Origin: an uncultured Gemmatimonadales bacterium
Lineage (GTDB): Bacteria; Gemmatimonadota; Gemmatimonadetes; Gemmatimonadales; GWC2-71-9
Direction of reading: 5' to 3'
Length of the DNA: 64,000 nt
Assembly: GCA_963821525.1 (NCBI GenBank)
Contig: CAWGED010000005.1
Location: 1 to 64,000, forward strand
Position numbers and translations under genes: made by a program. The first letter of the stretch is position 1. Every line of letters starts with the position of its first letter. Under the pieces are notes generated by a model. That model saw only the letters and a program-made list of their open reading frames with translations, did no database searches and was not told the DNA's origin. Of the stretch, positions 31,867-42,984 are shown in pieces.

Positions 31867-33602
31867 CCCGGCACGCCGAGGCAGCGAATTCTACCGGAGG
31901 GCCTGATACTCGAGCAGAGGCGCCCAGGGTCCTTAGCCTCATGGACCGGGAAGCGCTGGGAGCCCGACTGCCGGTTGCTGCGATCGCACGTACTGGGCCT
32001 GGAAGTTTGTCGATTACCCAGGCGCCCGCTTTCAGGAAGCGCTGTGCGTGCTTAGTTTTCTCTACGCCACGGATCTGTCGGCAAGCCCCTATTTTCACAA
32101 CCGGCGGCTGCTCGAATGGATCGACCTCGGGCTGCTCTACTGGTGCTCGATACAGTACACCGACGGCAGCTTCGACGAAGCCTACCCTTACGAACGTTCT
32201 TTAGCCGCGGTCTCTTTCACCTGCTTTTATGTGGGAGAGGCGATACGCTTCCTGGTAGGCGATTGCCCGCCGGCCACGCTTGAGCGCGGGTCCGCCGCGC
32301 CATGCGGCGGGCCGGCAACTGGTCACCCGCAACGACGAAACGCACGGCTTCCTCTCTAACCACCTGGCGGCCGCGGCGGCCGCGCTGCTGCACATACAAC
32401 ACCACATCACCGGGGAAGATCGCTTTTATAAACGCAGAGCCGCTATTTTTTGGCCCGCATCCTGGCGCGTCAATCGGAAGAAGGCTGGTATGACGAATAC
32501 AGCAGCGGCCGGATCCCGGTTACCAGACTCACGGCAGTTTCTATCTGGCCCGTTACTGAGCCAGTTGAACTCTGACACCGACCTCGCCGGTTCGCTCTGC
32601 CGCTCCATTGCGCTTCCTCGCCATCTTCGTGCATCCAGATGGCAGTATCGGCGGCGAGTATGCCAGCCGCAATACCCAGACCTATTACCCGGCCGCGTTC
32701 GAGATGCTTCAGCCGGCCGTGATGAAACCTCATCGTGGATCGCGGAAACCATGCGAGGCTCTTTATCGCCAGCGCGGCGGCGGCGGGCCTGCGCTCGGTG
32801 GGAATGCCTATAACTATTTCCCGTTCCTCAACAACATGGTGTTCGCGTACCTTGCGTGTGCACAAAACGGCGGCGGTCATTCAGCCGCCGCGCGGAAACC
32901 TGAAGCTGCTGCGGAGCGGGGTGAGTGTGGTTTCCGAAGGCGGGCATCGCGCGCATCCGCAAGCCAGCCTTTACGACGCGTACGTGGGCACCGCGAAGGG
33001 CGGGATAGTGAAAGTCTTCGACCGCACGCAGAAGCGGGGCCGCGGTGTACAGTGACTGCGGCTATATCGGCCGCTTGAGAGAGCGGGGGCGCGGGTTCTC
33101 GAATCAAAGCCACGATCCGAATCGCCCGGTCACCGTGACCATCAAGGAAATTACACTGGGCGGCGGGGGTTTTACAACGATCTCGCGGCCCACCATGAAG
33201 CCCATGCGCTTCGTCGCCTTCCGCCTGTTTACGCTGACTGCAAACAACGGCTGCCGTACCTGGAGCGCAACGGCTCAAGGCGCTGCTGGTGAAGGTATTG
33301 ATCTATGGCCGCAAGCCGCTGGACCTGAGAATTTCGTCGAACCATCCGGTTCGATGAAAACAGAACGTCAACACGTGCTCGACAAGATCCAAGGCGGCGC
33401 CGGCAATCTAGGTGAGAAAACCTCCGTCGAGTGGGGAAGTCTTCACCACGATCCATATGGGTTCGTCGCAATACTTTATCCCCAACGAACTGGAACGAAT
33501 GAATCCTGGAGAGGATGCCCCGATCAATCCACGGGACCTCGGGACCGCGGGAGTGACGTTGGAACGCAGCGTCAGTGTGGTCAGCGGGAGAATTACGCCT
33601 GA
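31863..33602 (+). CDS. Conserved glycan-locus hypothetical protein, probable alpha/alpha-toroid (heparinase II/III-like), many frameshifts
   Basis: Reconstructed motifs [67 protein letters not shown]. Confidence 0.55.
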
Positions 33603-33603
33603 C

Positions 33604-35493
33604 ATGTGCGGGATCTGCGGTTTCGCCGGAATTCGAGAAGACGGTCTGCTGCGAGCGCATGACCGACCGCGCTCGCCACCGCGGTCCGGACGTGTCCGGG
33701 CCTTCCAGTGCCGACGACGTCGGGCTGGGCATCGCCGCCTCAGCATCATCGACGTCGCCGGCGGCCCCCAGCCGATCGACAACGAGGACGGCTCGCTCGT
33801 CCTCATCGTCAACGGCGAAATCTACAACTACCGGAGCTCCGCGAAGAGCTGTCGCGACCGCGGCCACCGGTTCCGGACGCACTCGGACACCGAAGTCGAT
33901 CCTGCACCTGTACGAAGAGCTCGGGCCCGGTGCCTGCACGCCTGTCGGCATGTTCGCCCTCGCCATGTACGGGACAAGCGCGCGCCGTTATTTCTGGCGC
34001 GCGATCGCTGGGCATCAAGCCGCTCTACTACTCGACTCGGCGGCCGATTTCTTTCGCCTCCGAGTTCAAGGCGATCCTGCAGATATCGCGGCTTCGAGCC
34101 CACGCTGAATCCGCGCGGCCGTCCACGACTACCTGGCGCTGCGCTACGTGCCCGGCCCCGGCGGCATGTTCCGCGAGCTCCGCAAGCTGCCCGCCGGCCC
34201 ACTACGCCATCGTCGAGGACGGCGAAGGTCAGCCGAGCGCTATTGGCAGCCCGGAGCTCTACGCCGGCCCCTTCAGCGGGCACCGAGAGGAGTACCTGGA
34301 AGGTATGCCGAGCGGTTCGAGCGCAGCGTCCGCCGCCGCATGATCTCCGAGGTGCCGCTCGGCGCCTACCTCAGCGGGGGCCTGGATTCCAGCACCATCG
34401 TGGCGGCGATGTCCAAGCTCACTGGCCAGCCGGTCCGCACGTTCACGGTGGGATTCGACTACGAGCACGACGAACTCGCCGATGCCGGCCGAAACCGCGC
34501 GGCTCGGCTGCCAGCACACTCCGATCGCGTGCCGGACCTCCGACATCGAACTGCTCCCGAAAATCGTCTACCACCTGGACGAACCGGTCGGCGATCCGAT
34601 CGTGATCCCGATGTACCAGCTCGCCCGGGAGGCCAAGAAACAGGTCACCGTGATTCTCGCGGGCGAAGGAGCGGACGAGACCATGGGCGGCTATCTCTTC
34701 CACAAGGCGCTGCTCTGAAGGGCCATCGGCTCGCCCGATCATGCCGCGCTCTCGTCCGCAGCGCCCTGCTCGCCCCCGCTCTGCGGCCACGCCGGCCGCG
34801 TCGTTCAACCTGGCCTTCCACTACCCGGCCGCGCTGGGGTCGCGCGGCAAGCGGAAGGTGCTCGATTTCGTGGGTCTCGTCGAGCCGGACCAGCTTTCGG
34901 GCGTACCGCCATCTGATCTCGCTCTTCGACGGGCGCGACACCGCGCGGTCTGTACACGCGACGATTTCCAGGGCGGAACGGCGCTCGGCCGGCGGCGCCG
35001 CAGCCGGCGGCGGCGAGCGCGCCGTAACTGAACCGCATGATCGCACCTGCAATTCGCCGACTGGCTGCCGGAAGACATCCTCATGAAGCAGGACAAGATG
35101 TCGATGGCGAGCGGCATCGAAGCCCGGGTGCCGTTCCTGGATCACGAACTGGTGGAGTAGTGCTCCGGATCCGCCCGCGCTCAAGATTGCGGCGGCGTGC
35201 ACCAAGTACCTGCTGCGCCGTTACGCCGGGCGCTCGCATCCCGCAATAGCCGGCCGGCGGAAGATGCCGTTCTATGTGCCGATGGAACGGCCTTCGCGGA
35301 CCCGCTTCCGTGATATGGTGGAAGACACGCTCTCCGAGCGAGCGTCCGGGACCGCGGCCTCCTCCGTCCCGAAGCGGTGGCGCGATTGCGGCAGGCGAGG
35401 TCTGGCGAGTTCGTATACGTAAAGCAGGCGTTCAGCCTGATGATGCTGGAATTGTGGTGTCGGATGGCGATAGATCGCCGGGGACGTCCTTAA
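33604..35493 (+). CDS. asnB: Second asparagine-synthase-type amidotransferase, heavily frameshifted
   Basis: [70 protein letters not shown]. Confidence 0.85.
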
Positions 35494-35517
35494 CTCGGGC
35501 TTTGTCGGGAGCCAACC

Positions 35518-37266
35518 ATGACCGCGTCCGCCGAACTCGTCAGGGATTCGCTCGCGGGCGCTCCCTTGGCTCGTCGTACTGGCGCTGGTGCTCTACCTCC
35601 CCGGCTTCTGGTGGGGTGCGCCTCAGGCTACCGCCGAAGATCGGATCAAGGCGTGGGCGGTGGATGACGAGACCCCGCTGGGTCCCGCTCGCCGAGGTGC
35701 ACAACATCATCGCTCCCCGACCCGACCGTAACCTGGGCTATCCGTTGCTGTATTCGTTTCTGGTAGTCGGGGTTCAGGCGCCCTACCTGCTTTACCTCAA
35801 GGCGAGTGGAGGGCTCGGTGCGACCGGGGCAGGGTATCCCTTCGGCCTCACGGAACCGGTGGGTGCCCTCCGGATGCTCACCTGGCTTGCGCACCTCCTC
35901 ACTCTCGTGATGGCGGCGGTCGTCATCGCGGCGGCCTATGACACCGCGCGCGTGCTGTGGGGCGAGCGAGCCGCGATCCTCGCGGCAGTTTTCGTCACTT
36001 GCTGCTATCCGATGTTCTACTACTCGCGAACCGGCAATGTCGATGTGCCCATGCTGTGCTTCATGGCGCTCGCCGTCGCCGCCTTCGCGAGGATCCGGGT
36101 GCTCGGCACTCTCGGTCCGGCGCATTGTGGCACTCGGATTGTTCGCCGGCGCCGCCCTCGCGGTGAAAGAGGAAGCCATCGGGGTACTGCTTCCAATGGC
36201 GCTGCTGCTGGTATTGCTGCCGGGTCAGTTCCCGTTCGATGAGAGCAGCATCTCCAAGGGCCGATGGAGGGCACTCGCCTTCGGTCTCGGGGCCTCGGTG
36301 CTGGCGCTCGGTCTCGGCGGCGGGTTCTTCATCGAACCACATCGCTACATCATGCACCTCGAATTTCTTACCGGACGCCTGCACGCCGCGCCCGACGCCG
36401 GCGGGCTCATTCCGTTCGCCTTCCCCTACACGCTAGACGGCAACCTGACTTATGCGAGGCAGATCGTTGGCTACCTGGCTGACACGCTGACCGGCCCTGG
36501 CCTTCTGCTGGCCCTCGGCGGGTTGATCTGGGCGGTGCGGCGAGATCCGCCGAGCCGCGTCGTTGCCTGCCTGGTACTGGGCTATCTCGGATTCATCTTT
36601 GTCGTGCTCCGTTCCGGCCAGCTTCGGTACGTGCTGCCTGCCGGGTTTCTGCTGGCGCTGTTTGGCGGGTACGCCACGTCACTGATCTGGCAATCGAAAC
36701 AGGTCGCGGTGCGGGCATCGCTCGCGATCCTGGCGGTCGTGGCTCTCGGATTGAACCTTCTCCGGGGGATCGACCTCACCTACGCGATGATGCGCGATTC
36801 ACGCTGGGAAGCGGCCGCCTGGCTCGCGGAGCGAACCAAACCTGGTGATCACATCGACTATTTCGGCGCGTCTCAGAAGTTGCCGCCACTCGAAACCGGC
36901 GTCGTGACCGATCGCGCGACCGAGTATTTCGGACTGTTCTACGCGCACCGAATTGATCCCGCAAAGGTCGAAGAGGTTCTGAAGCGATGGCATGACCGCA
37001 ATCCCAAATTCGTCATCGTCATGCCCGATCACACCAGCCGGCCTGGGGCGCCGTTCGACGTCTCGCTACCTCCTTCACTGTACGACGATCTGGTTGCCGG
37101 TCGCCGCGGCTGGAAGCTCGAGGCAATGTTTGAAACCCCTCCGTTGCTTCCTTGGGTAAAGCGACCGCCGCTCGATTACCCCATGGTCAACCCTCCCATT
37201 CGGATATTTGGTCCTAGCTCAGAGCTGTGGCGGAGGCGCTTCAAGTGTGGCATCAAAGCAGCATAA
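35518..37266 (+). CDS. GT-C (ArnT/PMT_2-like) membrane glycosyltransferase, frameshifted
   Basis: WAVDDE first-loop acidic motif, YPLLY, YYSRTGNVDVP, AVKE, RYVLP, AAAWL. Confidence 0.75.
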
Positions 37267-37368
37267 TTACTGGACTCCTCGACTGGGTGGGTACTTGCGA
37301 AGCCTTGGGCGGGGCATGGCTTCTGCCTTCGGGGTGTCCAGCTTTCGTTCGTTTCGCCGTCCAGGCGA

Positions 37369-38614
37369 ATGTCGAAACTTCCCCATGCGATTGGCCCGCG
37401 ACCTATGGGCGTAGGGATGCGAGAAGGGCTGCGTCATTCGAGGTTGGAAGACGTTGCGGCGACCTATGAGCGATCTCTTGCCGAGGCGGCGGGCGGCGGC
37501 GAGGCCGTAGCCTTTGCCTACGCGCGGACTGCGCTCCAGGCGATTCTCACGGCCGAGGAAATCGGGGCGGGCGATGAAGTCGTTCTGTCGCCGCTGACCT
37601 GCAAGGTGATTCCGCTCGCCCTCCTCGCGCTGGGCATCCGCCCGGTGTTTGCGGACATCGCGGCCCGGCGCATTGAATCTCGACCCCGAGAAGGCCGAGG
37701 CTGCGATAAGTCCCCGCACCAGGGCGATCCTCTTCCAGCATACCTACGGGACCAGCCACGGTGGCCGTCGAGGCCGCCGAGCTTGCCTGCTCGTCGCGGT
37801 CTGATTCTGATCGAGGACTGCGCCCAGAATCTGCCTTGGTGGGTAGTCAACCCACCGTCCCGGACAGTTCGGGAAGGCGGCAATCTTCAGTACCAACCTC
37901 CGAAAGCCCTTGCCGGCCGGCAGCGGTGGTGCGGCCGTAACCCGGGACCCGGTTTTAGCCGCTTCGCTGAGGGCCTATCGAGATCGCCTCCCCTCTCCGT
38001 CCGCCATCCGGCGAGCGTCTGTTGCGCCTCGAATCATGGGTTCACGCGCAAGTGCTTCGACCGGCATTGTACTGGCCTCTGTTTGAGCTCGCCCGCTCTC
38101 TCCGTTCCGGATACCGTGAAGCGGGAGTCGCCGAGGAAGTCGCCTCGGAGATCACGGCGGTCTCGTTTCGTCCGAGCCCCTTTCAGATCCTCGAGGGGAT
38201 GTCCCCCACTGGCTGGGTCTCCTGCCTGAGCTGGCCGCTCGCCGAAGCGAGCACGCAACGGCCTACGGCGAGGCGATGCGCAGCATGGGACGGGAGCAGA
38301 AACCATCCCCGGCCGCCGGCAATCAGCCGCTCTACTACTTTCCAGTACTGGTGGACGACAAGCGCTGCTCTGCTTCCGGGCTGCGAAACTGCGGTGTATC
38401 GAGATCGCCGCATGGCCGATCTGGACGCCCATCTTCCCGGTGGAACAAGCAGGCCGCCCCTCGAGACCTACGGTTATGTCCTCTCGGAAGCTGCCCCCTC
38501 GCCGAGCAGACGGCCCACCGACTAGTGGGATTGCCGACCGACCACCTCACCAAGGCTCGACATCGTCAGGCCGTCATCGACCTGCTGCGATCCCAGCTGC
38601 GGCGGGGACTGTGA
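37369..38614 (+). CDS. DegT/DnrJ/EryC1/StrS PLP-dependent aminotransferase, frameshifted, start approximate
   Basis: ARTAL, GDEVVLSPLTC, PVFADI, FQHTYG, IEDCAQ, FSTNLRKPL (PLP lysine), LVGLPT. Confidence 0.8.
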
Positions 38615-39539
38615 CCAGCCCGGCCCGCCCACCCGCCGTTGTACACGTGGACCTCGATGGCTACTCAGCCATCTGTGCCGCCCACGGCTGGTCGATGCCC
38701 GCCGGGGCCTCGACCACCTGTTCCTGAGTGGTCTCGGCAATGCGCTCGAGGCATTGGCCCAGGCCCGGCTTAACGCGACCCTGTTCGTGATCGCCCAGGA
38801 CCTCGCCGACCCGGCCAAGCTCGCCCTGCTGCGAAAGGCGGTGGGAGCAGGGACACGAGATCGCGTCGCACACGATCTCCCACCGTCGCCTGACCTTATC
38901 TCTCGACTCGGGAAAAGGCCATGGAAATCGGCGGCAGTCGCGAGCGGATCGGAGCCAGGTCTGGGGGTTCCCGTGCTTGGCTTCCGCGCTCCAGCGTTCG
39001 ACCTGGACCGCGAGGGACTCGATCTGGTGGCTCAAGCGGGATATCGCTACGACTCGTCGCTCTTTCCCAACGCCCGCTCGGCCCGGAGGATTTCAGGTTA
39101 AACGGGTATCGGAGTGGCCCCACCGACTGTTGCCCACCCGGGAACTCCTGGAGCTGCCACTGCCGGGTTTCGCCCCGCTTCCGCTTCCATACCACCCTTG
39201 TTACAGTCTCGTTCTTGGCACTTGGTACTTCCGGAACGGTCTGCAGCGCAGTGCCCGAATAGGGGCGCCGCTGGTGCTGCTGTTTCATCTAACGGACTTC
39301 GCCGATCCCTTACCTGCCGAAGGGTTTCTGGATGGAAGCGGCGGTTCTTCACTCTGTCCTACCTGAGCGCCGCGGAAAAGAGGAAGCGGTGCGGAGTCAT
39401 GCTGGCCGAAGTGACCAACCGCTATCAGGTCGGGCGGACCGCGGAGTTGCTGGAAGTATTCCGAGGCGGCCAGCCAGTAATGCAGGGTAGACGATTTTCC
39501 GATCGCCAATCGCGCGTTCTCCGGCCAGAGAGGTTGTGA
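38611..39539 (+). CDS. Polysaccharide deacetylase, frameshifted
   Basis: VHVDLDG, ATLFVIA, GFRAP, YRYDSS, LLELPL, LFHLTD. Confidence 0.75.
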
Positions 39540-40561
39540 TGGACGTTTCGGTGGTGTGCCCGTTCTACAACGAGGCGGGGATCCTCGAGGCGTCAGTGCG
39601 AGGCCTGCTGGCGCAGCTCGAGCTGCTGCCGCACGACTGGGAACTGATCATCGTCGATGACGGCTCTTCCGATGGTTCCGGCGCGCTCGCGAAGAGCCTC
39701 ACGCCGTTGAGTCCGCGGCTGAGGGTACTGGGTTATCGTACCAACCGGGGCAGGGGTCACGCGCTACGAACCGGCATCGCGGCGGCCCGGGGCGACACGA
39801 TCGTTACCACGGAGATCGACCTTTCCTGGGGCGATACCATCGTACACGAGCTGGTGGCCGAGATGCTCCGCCATCCCGAGACCGATATGGTGGTGGCGAG
39901 CCCCCACCTCCCCGGAGGCGGGTATCGGAACGTTCCGTTCAAGCGGGTCCTCCTGAGCCGGGTCGGCAACATGATCATCCGGGCTTGCCTATCGCGGGCC
40001 CCGACCATGAACACCGGAATGACCCGAGCGTACCGCCGCGAGCTGATTCAGTCGCTGCCGCTCAGCGAAGATGGCAAGGAGTTCCATCTCGAGGTGATCC
40101 TCAAGGCGACCACGTTCGGCGCCCGGCTTCGGGAAATCCCCGCCATGCTCGAGTGGAAGGAGTACAAACACCAGGGCCAGCGGGTGAAGAGGAAAAGCTC
40201 TTCGCGGGTCAGGCTGTTGATCGTGACCCATAGTCTGTTCAGCTTGTTCGCCGATCCTATCCGCTATGTTTGGGCTATGAGCCTCGCCAGCTTATTCATC
40301 GGGGGAGTCGCCCTGATTTGGGCGGTCATCGACTATGTACGGCACGCAGTGTCGATCTACATGGCCTTGCTGAGCGTTTCGATGGTGATCCTGGGCATTG
40401 TGCTGTTTGTCATGGGCGTGGTTCTCCAGCAGGGCAACATTATTCAGCGCGAGCTCTGGTCGATCCAGCGGCTCATGATCAGGGCCGGCAATGACAAGCG
40501 GCCTTCGGACCTTATTTCCGGCCGGATCATCTCGGCTGAGCCCACGAGTGTGGAACTGTAG
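39536..40561 (+). CDS. GT2 polyprenol-phosphate glycosyltransferase (DPM1/GtrB/ArnC-like) with 2 C-terminal TMs
   Basis: SVVCPFYNE, VDDGSSDG, NRGRGHALRTG, TEIDLS, TGMTRAYRR. Confidence 0.85.
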   Translation: MMDVSVVCPFYNEAGILEASVRGLLAQLELLPHDWELIIVDDGSSDGSGALAKSLTPLSPRLRVLGYRTNRGRGHALRTGIAAARGDTIVTTEIDLSWGDTIVHELVAEMLRHPETDMVVASPHLPGGGYRNVPFKRVLLSRVGNMIIRACLSRAPTMNTGMTRAYRRELIQSLPLSEDGKEFHLEVILKATTFGARLREIPAMLEWKEYKHQGQRVKRKSSSRVRLLIVTHSLFSLFADPIRYVWAMSLASLFIGGVALIWAVIDYVRHAVSIYMALLSVSMVILGIVLFVMGVVLQQGNIIQRELWSIQRLMIRAGNDKRPSDLISGRIISAEPTSVEL

Positions 40562-40706
40562 ACTAAAGCGATGGGGAATAGCAGCTTACGTATCGAGGCA
40601 AGGGGCGCCAAACGTCATCCCGATTCCCAAAGGGTGCCCTGCGTTACTGTGGGCTGGACGCAGCACAAATAGTGTTTTTCTAGGTCAGATGATGGATCTC
40701 CTTTGA

Positions 40707-40722
40707 TGGCACGGGGATTGCC
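40707..40722 (+). promoter_or_regulatory. Sigma54 (-24/-12) promoter upstream of the small peptide and sulfatase-like array
   Basis: TGGCAC-GGGGA-TTGCC, near-consensus TGGCAC-N5-TTGC in a noncoding gap. Confidence 0.75.
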
Positions 40723-40894
40723 AACCAAACTTGCCTCAACCCGGCGCTTGCAGAGCCGCAGCCGGCGAGGTTGGGTAACTAACGCGGTAGTCCTCAGCGG
40801 CCCGGCCGGCGTCGTTCCGACGCCAGGTCATGAATAGGTCTCCGGACAGGCCTTCTGTCTGGAATTCGCACGAAAGGGTTCGGCTTCCGTGACG

Positions 40895-41052
40895 ATGCAT
40901 CGACTCGGCTTCAGCCTTGTTCTCTACGTCGGTCCCGATCAGATCCTTCCGCTGACCTCCATCCTCGGCGCGTCGGCGGCGCGCTCATGATTTTCTGGCG
41001 CCAGGTTGTGGGTCTCTTCCGGCGAATTCGCTCCGTCTTCGTTCGGGAATAG
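40895..41052 (+). CDS. Small single-TM peptide with YVGP motif (about 52 aa if one missing base is restored)
   Basis: MHRLGFSLVLYVGPDQILPLTSILGA / GGALMIFWRQVVGLFRRIRSVFVRE*; as written, frame 1 stops after 31 aa; not in the ORF track. Confidence 0.65.
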
Positions 41053-41122
41053 CGGTCAGCATTGGCAGTGCGGGCCTCTGCGGCATGCGGAGGGGGTCCG
41101 CAGTGCGCTATAATCCCGTCTA

Positions 41123-42984
41123 ATGTCCCTCCCCAAGCCGGATCTCGCGCGGCCACCCCAGGAACCTCCCGACTGGAGATTCCGCTGGTTCATCATGGCC
41201 GCCGTGTCCCTGGCGCTCGCTTGTGGACTCTGGAAGCCTTGGCTTCCCTCCTACTGGGGACTCGCCAAGGAATCTTGAGCTGGAAGACGGGAAATTCGGT
41301 GAAGGTCCTGATAGCGGCTCCAGCCGTTTATCTCCTGGTCTTCCTTCCTGCCGCCATTCTCTTCGCCCTGCTCGACCGAGCGCTGAAGCAACGCTGGGCG
41401 GACGTCGCCATGATCTTCAGCTTCATCTCGCTGCTCGGCATTTCCGTCACCACTCTGATGCGTCCATGGTTTTCCGCCGGCACTTCTGTGCTGCTGGGGT
41501 TGGGCATGGCATCGGTGGCCCTCCGGATCTACGCCTCCAATCGCACCCGGTGGGGCTTTGCCCTGGTGAGAAGTGCGCCGTGGCTCGTGGCCGCGGCGAT
41601 GCTGATCGGAGTGATTGGCACCGGGTCCACGGGAATCGCCGAGCGGCTCGCGATCGCGCGCCTGCCCGCGGTCCCGGCTTCAGCGCCCAACGTGTTGCTG
41701 ATCGTGATGGATACCCAGCGCGCCGACCACCTCACCGCGTATGGATACTCCCGAGCCACCACTCCTCGGCTGGGGCGTCTCGCCGACGAGGGGGTCAGAT
41801 TCACATGGGCCACTTCGCCTGCCGTTACGACGCTGCCGTCTCATTCCAGCATGATGACGGGACAACTGGTCGGTGAACACGGCGCCGGGGTGAACAGCCG
41901 GCTGTTCCTCGATCGCCGGTTTCCTACCCTCGCCGAACAGATGCGGGTCCGGATACCTGACCGGGGGGTTCGTGGCCAATACGTATTGGACCGGACGTCA
42001 TACCGGGCTTAACCGGGGATTCATTCACTACGAGGACTTCTACGGGGGCCTGATGATGGGTTCACCCGGACCGTGATGGGCCGCGCCATCGCCTATCAGG
42101 TCTTTCCGATGATCGGACAGGTCGATATTCCGGGTCGCAACGCGCGGAAGATGTGAACCGCGAGCTACTCGGCTGGCTCGACCGTCACAGCGGTCGGCCC
42201 TTTTTCGCGTTTCTCAACTATTTCGACGTTCACGCCCCATATCGTCCTCCGCCCGGCTGGGCGGGCCGGTTCTCTTCCCAGGGCGACTCGGTCGCCCGCA
42301 CTCGAAAGATCGAGATCGGCGCGTGGAACGAAGGAACGGTACCGGATTCGGCCGTGCTGGCGGCCTGGCGGACTGTTACGACGAATCGCTGCTCTACCTT
42401 GACCATCAGATCGGTGTCTTACTCGACAGTCTTGCGGCGCGGCACCTGCTGGAGCACACCATCGTGATTGTGACCGGTGATCACGGCGAGAGCTTCGGGA
42501 GCACGGCACGGTGCACCACGGCGCCACGCTGTATCTCGAGCAGATCCGAGTCCCCCTAATTCTCTGGGGACCGGGCCGCATTCCCGCCGGGAGAAAAGTG
42601 GATCGCGCGGTCGATCTGCGCGCGATTCCCGCTACGGTGCTGGAGGTGGCTGGTCTGCCGGCAGCGGGGTTCCCCAGACGGTCGCTTCTCACCTACCTGG
42701 ATCCGGCCGATTCACCGCCGAGCCGGCCCTCTCCGAGGGTCCTCGCGTCCCGGGCAATCCTCCTACCTGGCAGACGGGAAAAGGATGGGTGAAATCGGTC
42801 GCGACTCAGCGCTGGCACCTGATCGAGTTTGAGTCGGGCAATCGTGAGCTGTACGATCTCCAGGCCGATCCGGCAGAGTTGCGAGACCTGGCAGCAGTCC
42901 CCGAGTTGCGGGACACACTGACGGTGCTGGAGCGGGGACTCCCCGGTCCCTTGGGTGCCAGATCGTTCCAGGAGTCCCCGGTGA
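41123..42984 (+). CDS. Membrane-anchored sulfatase-like (alkaline phosphatase superfamily) protein 1, frameshifted
   Basis: N-terminal TMs; PNVLLIVMDTQRADH, TTLPSH, NYFDVH, GDHGE; TATAAT at 41109-41114 just upstream. Confidence 0.85.
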
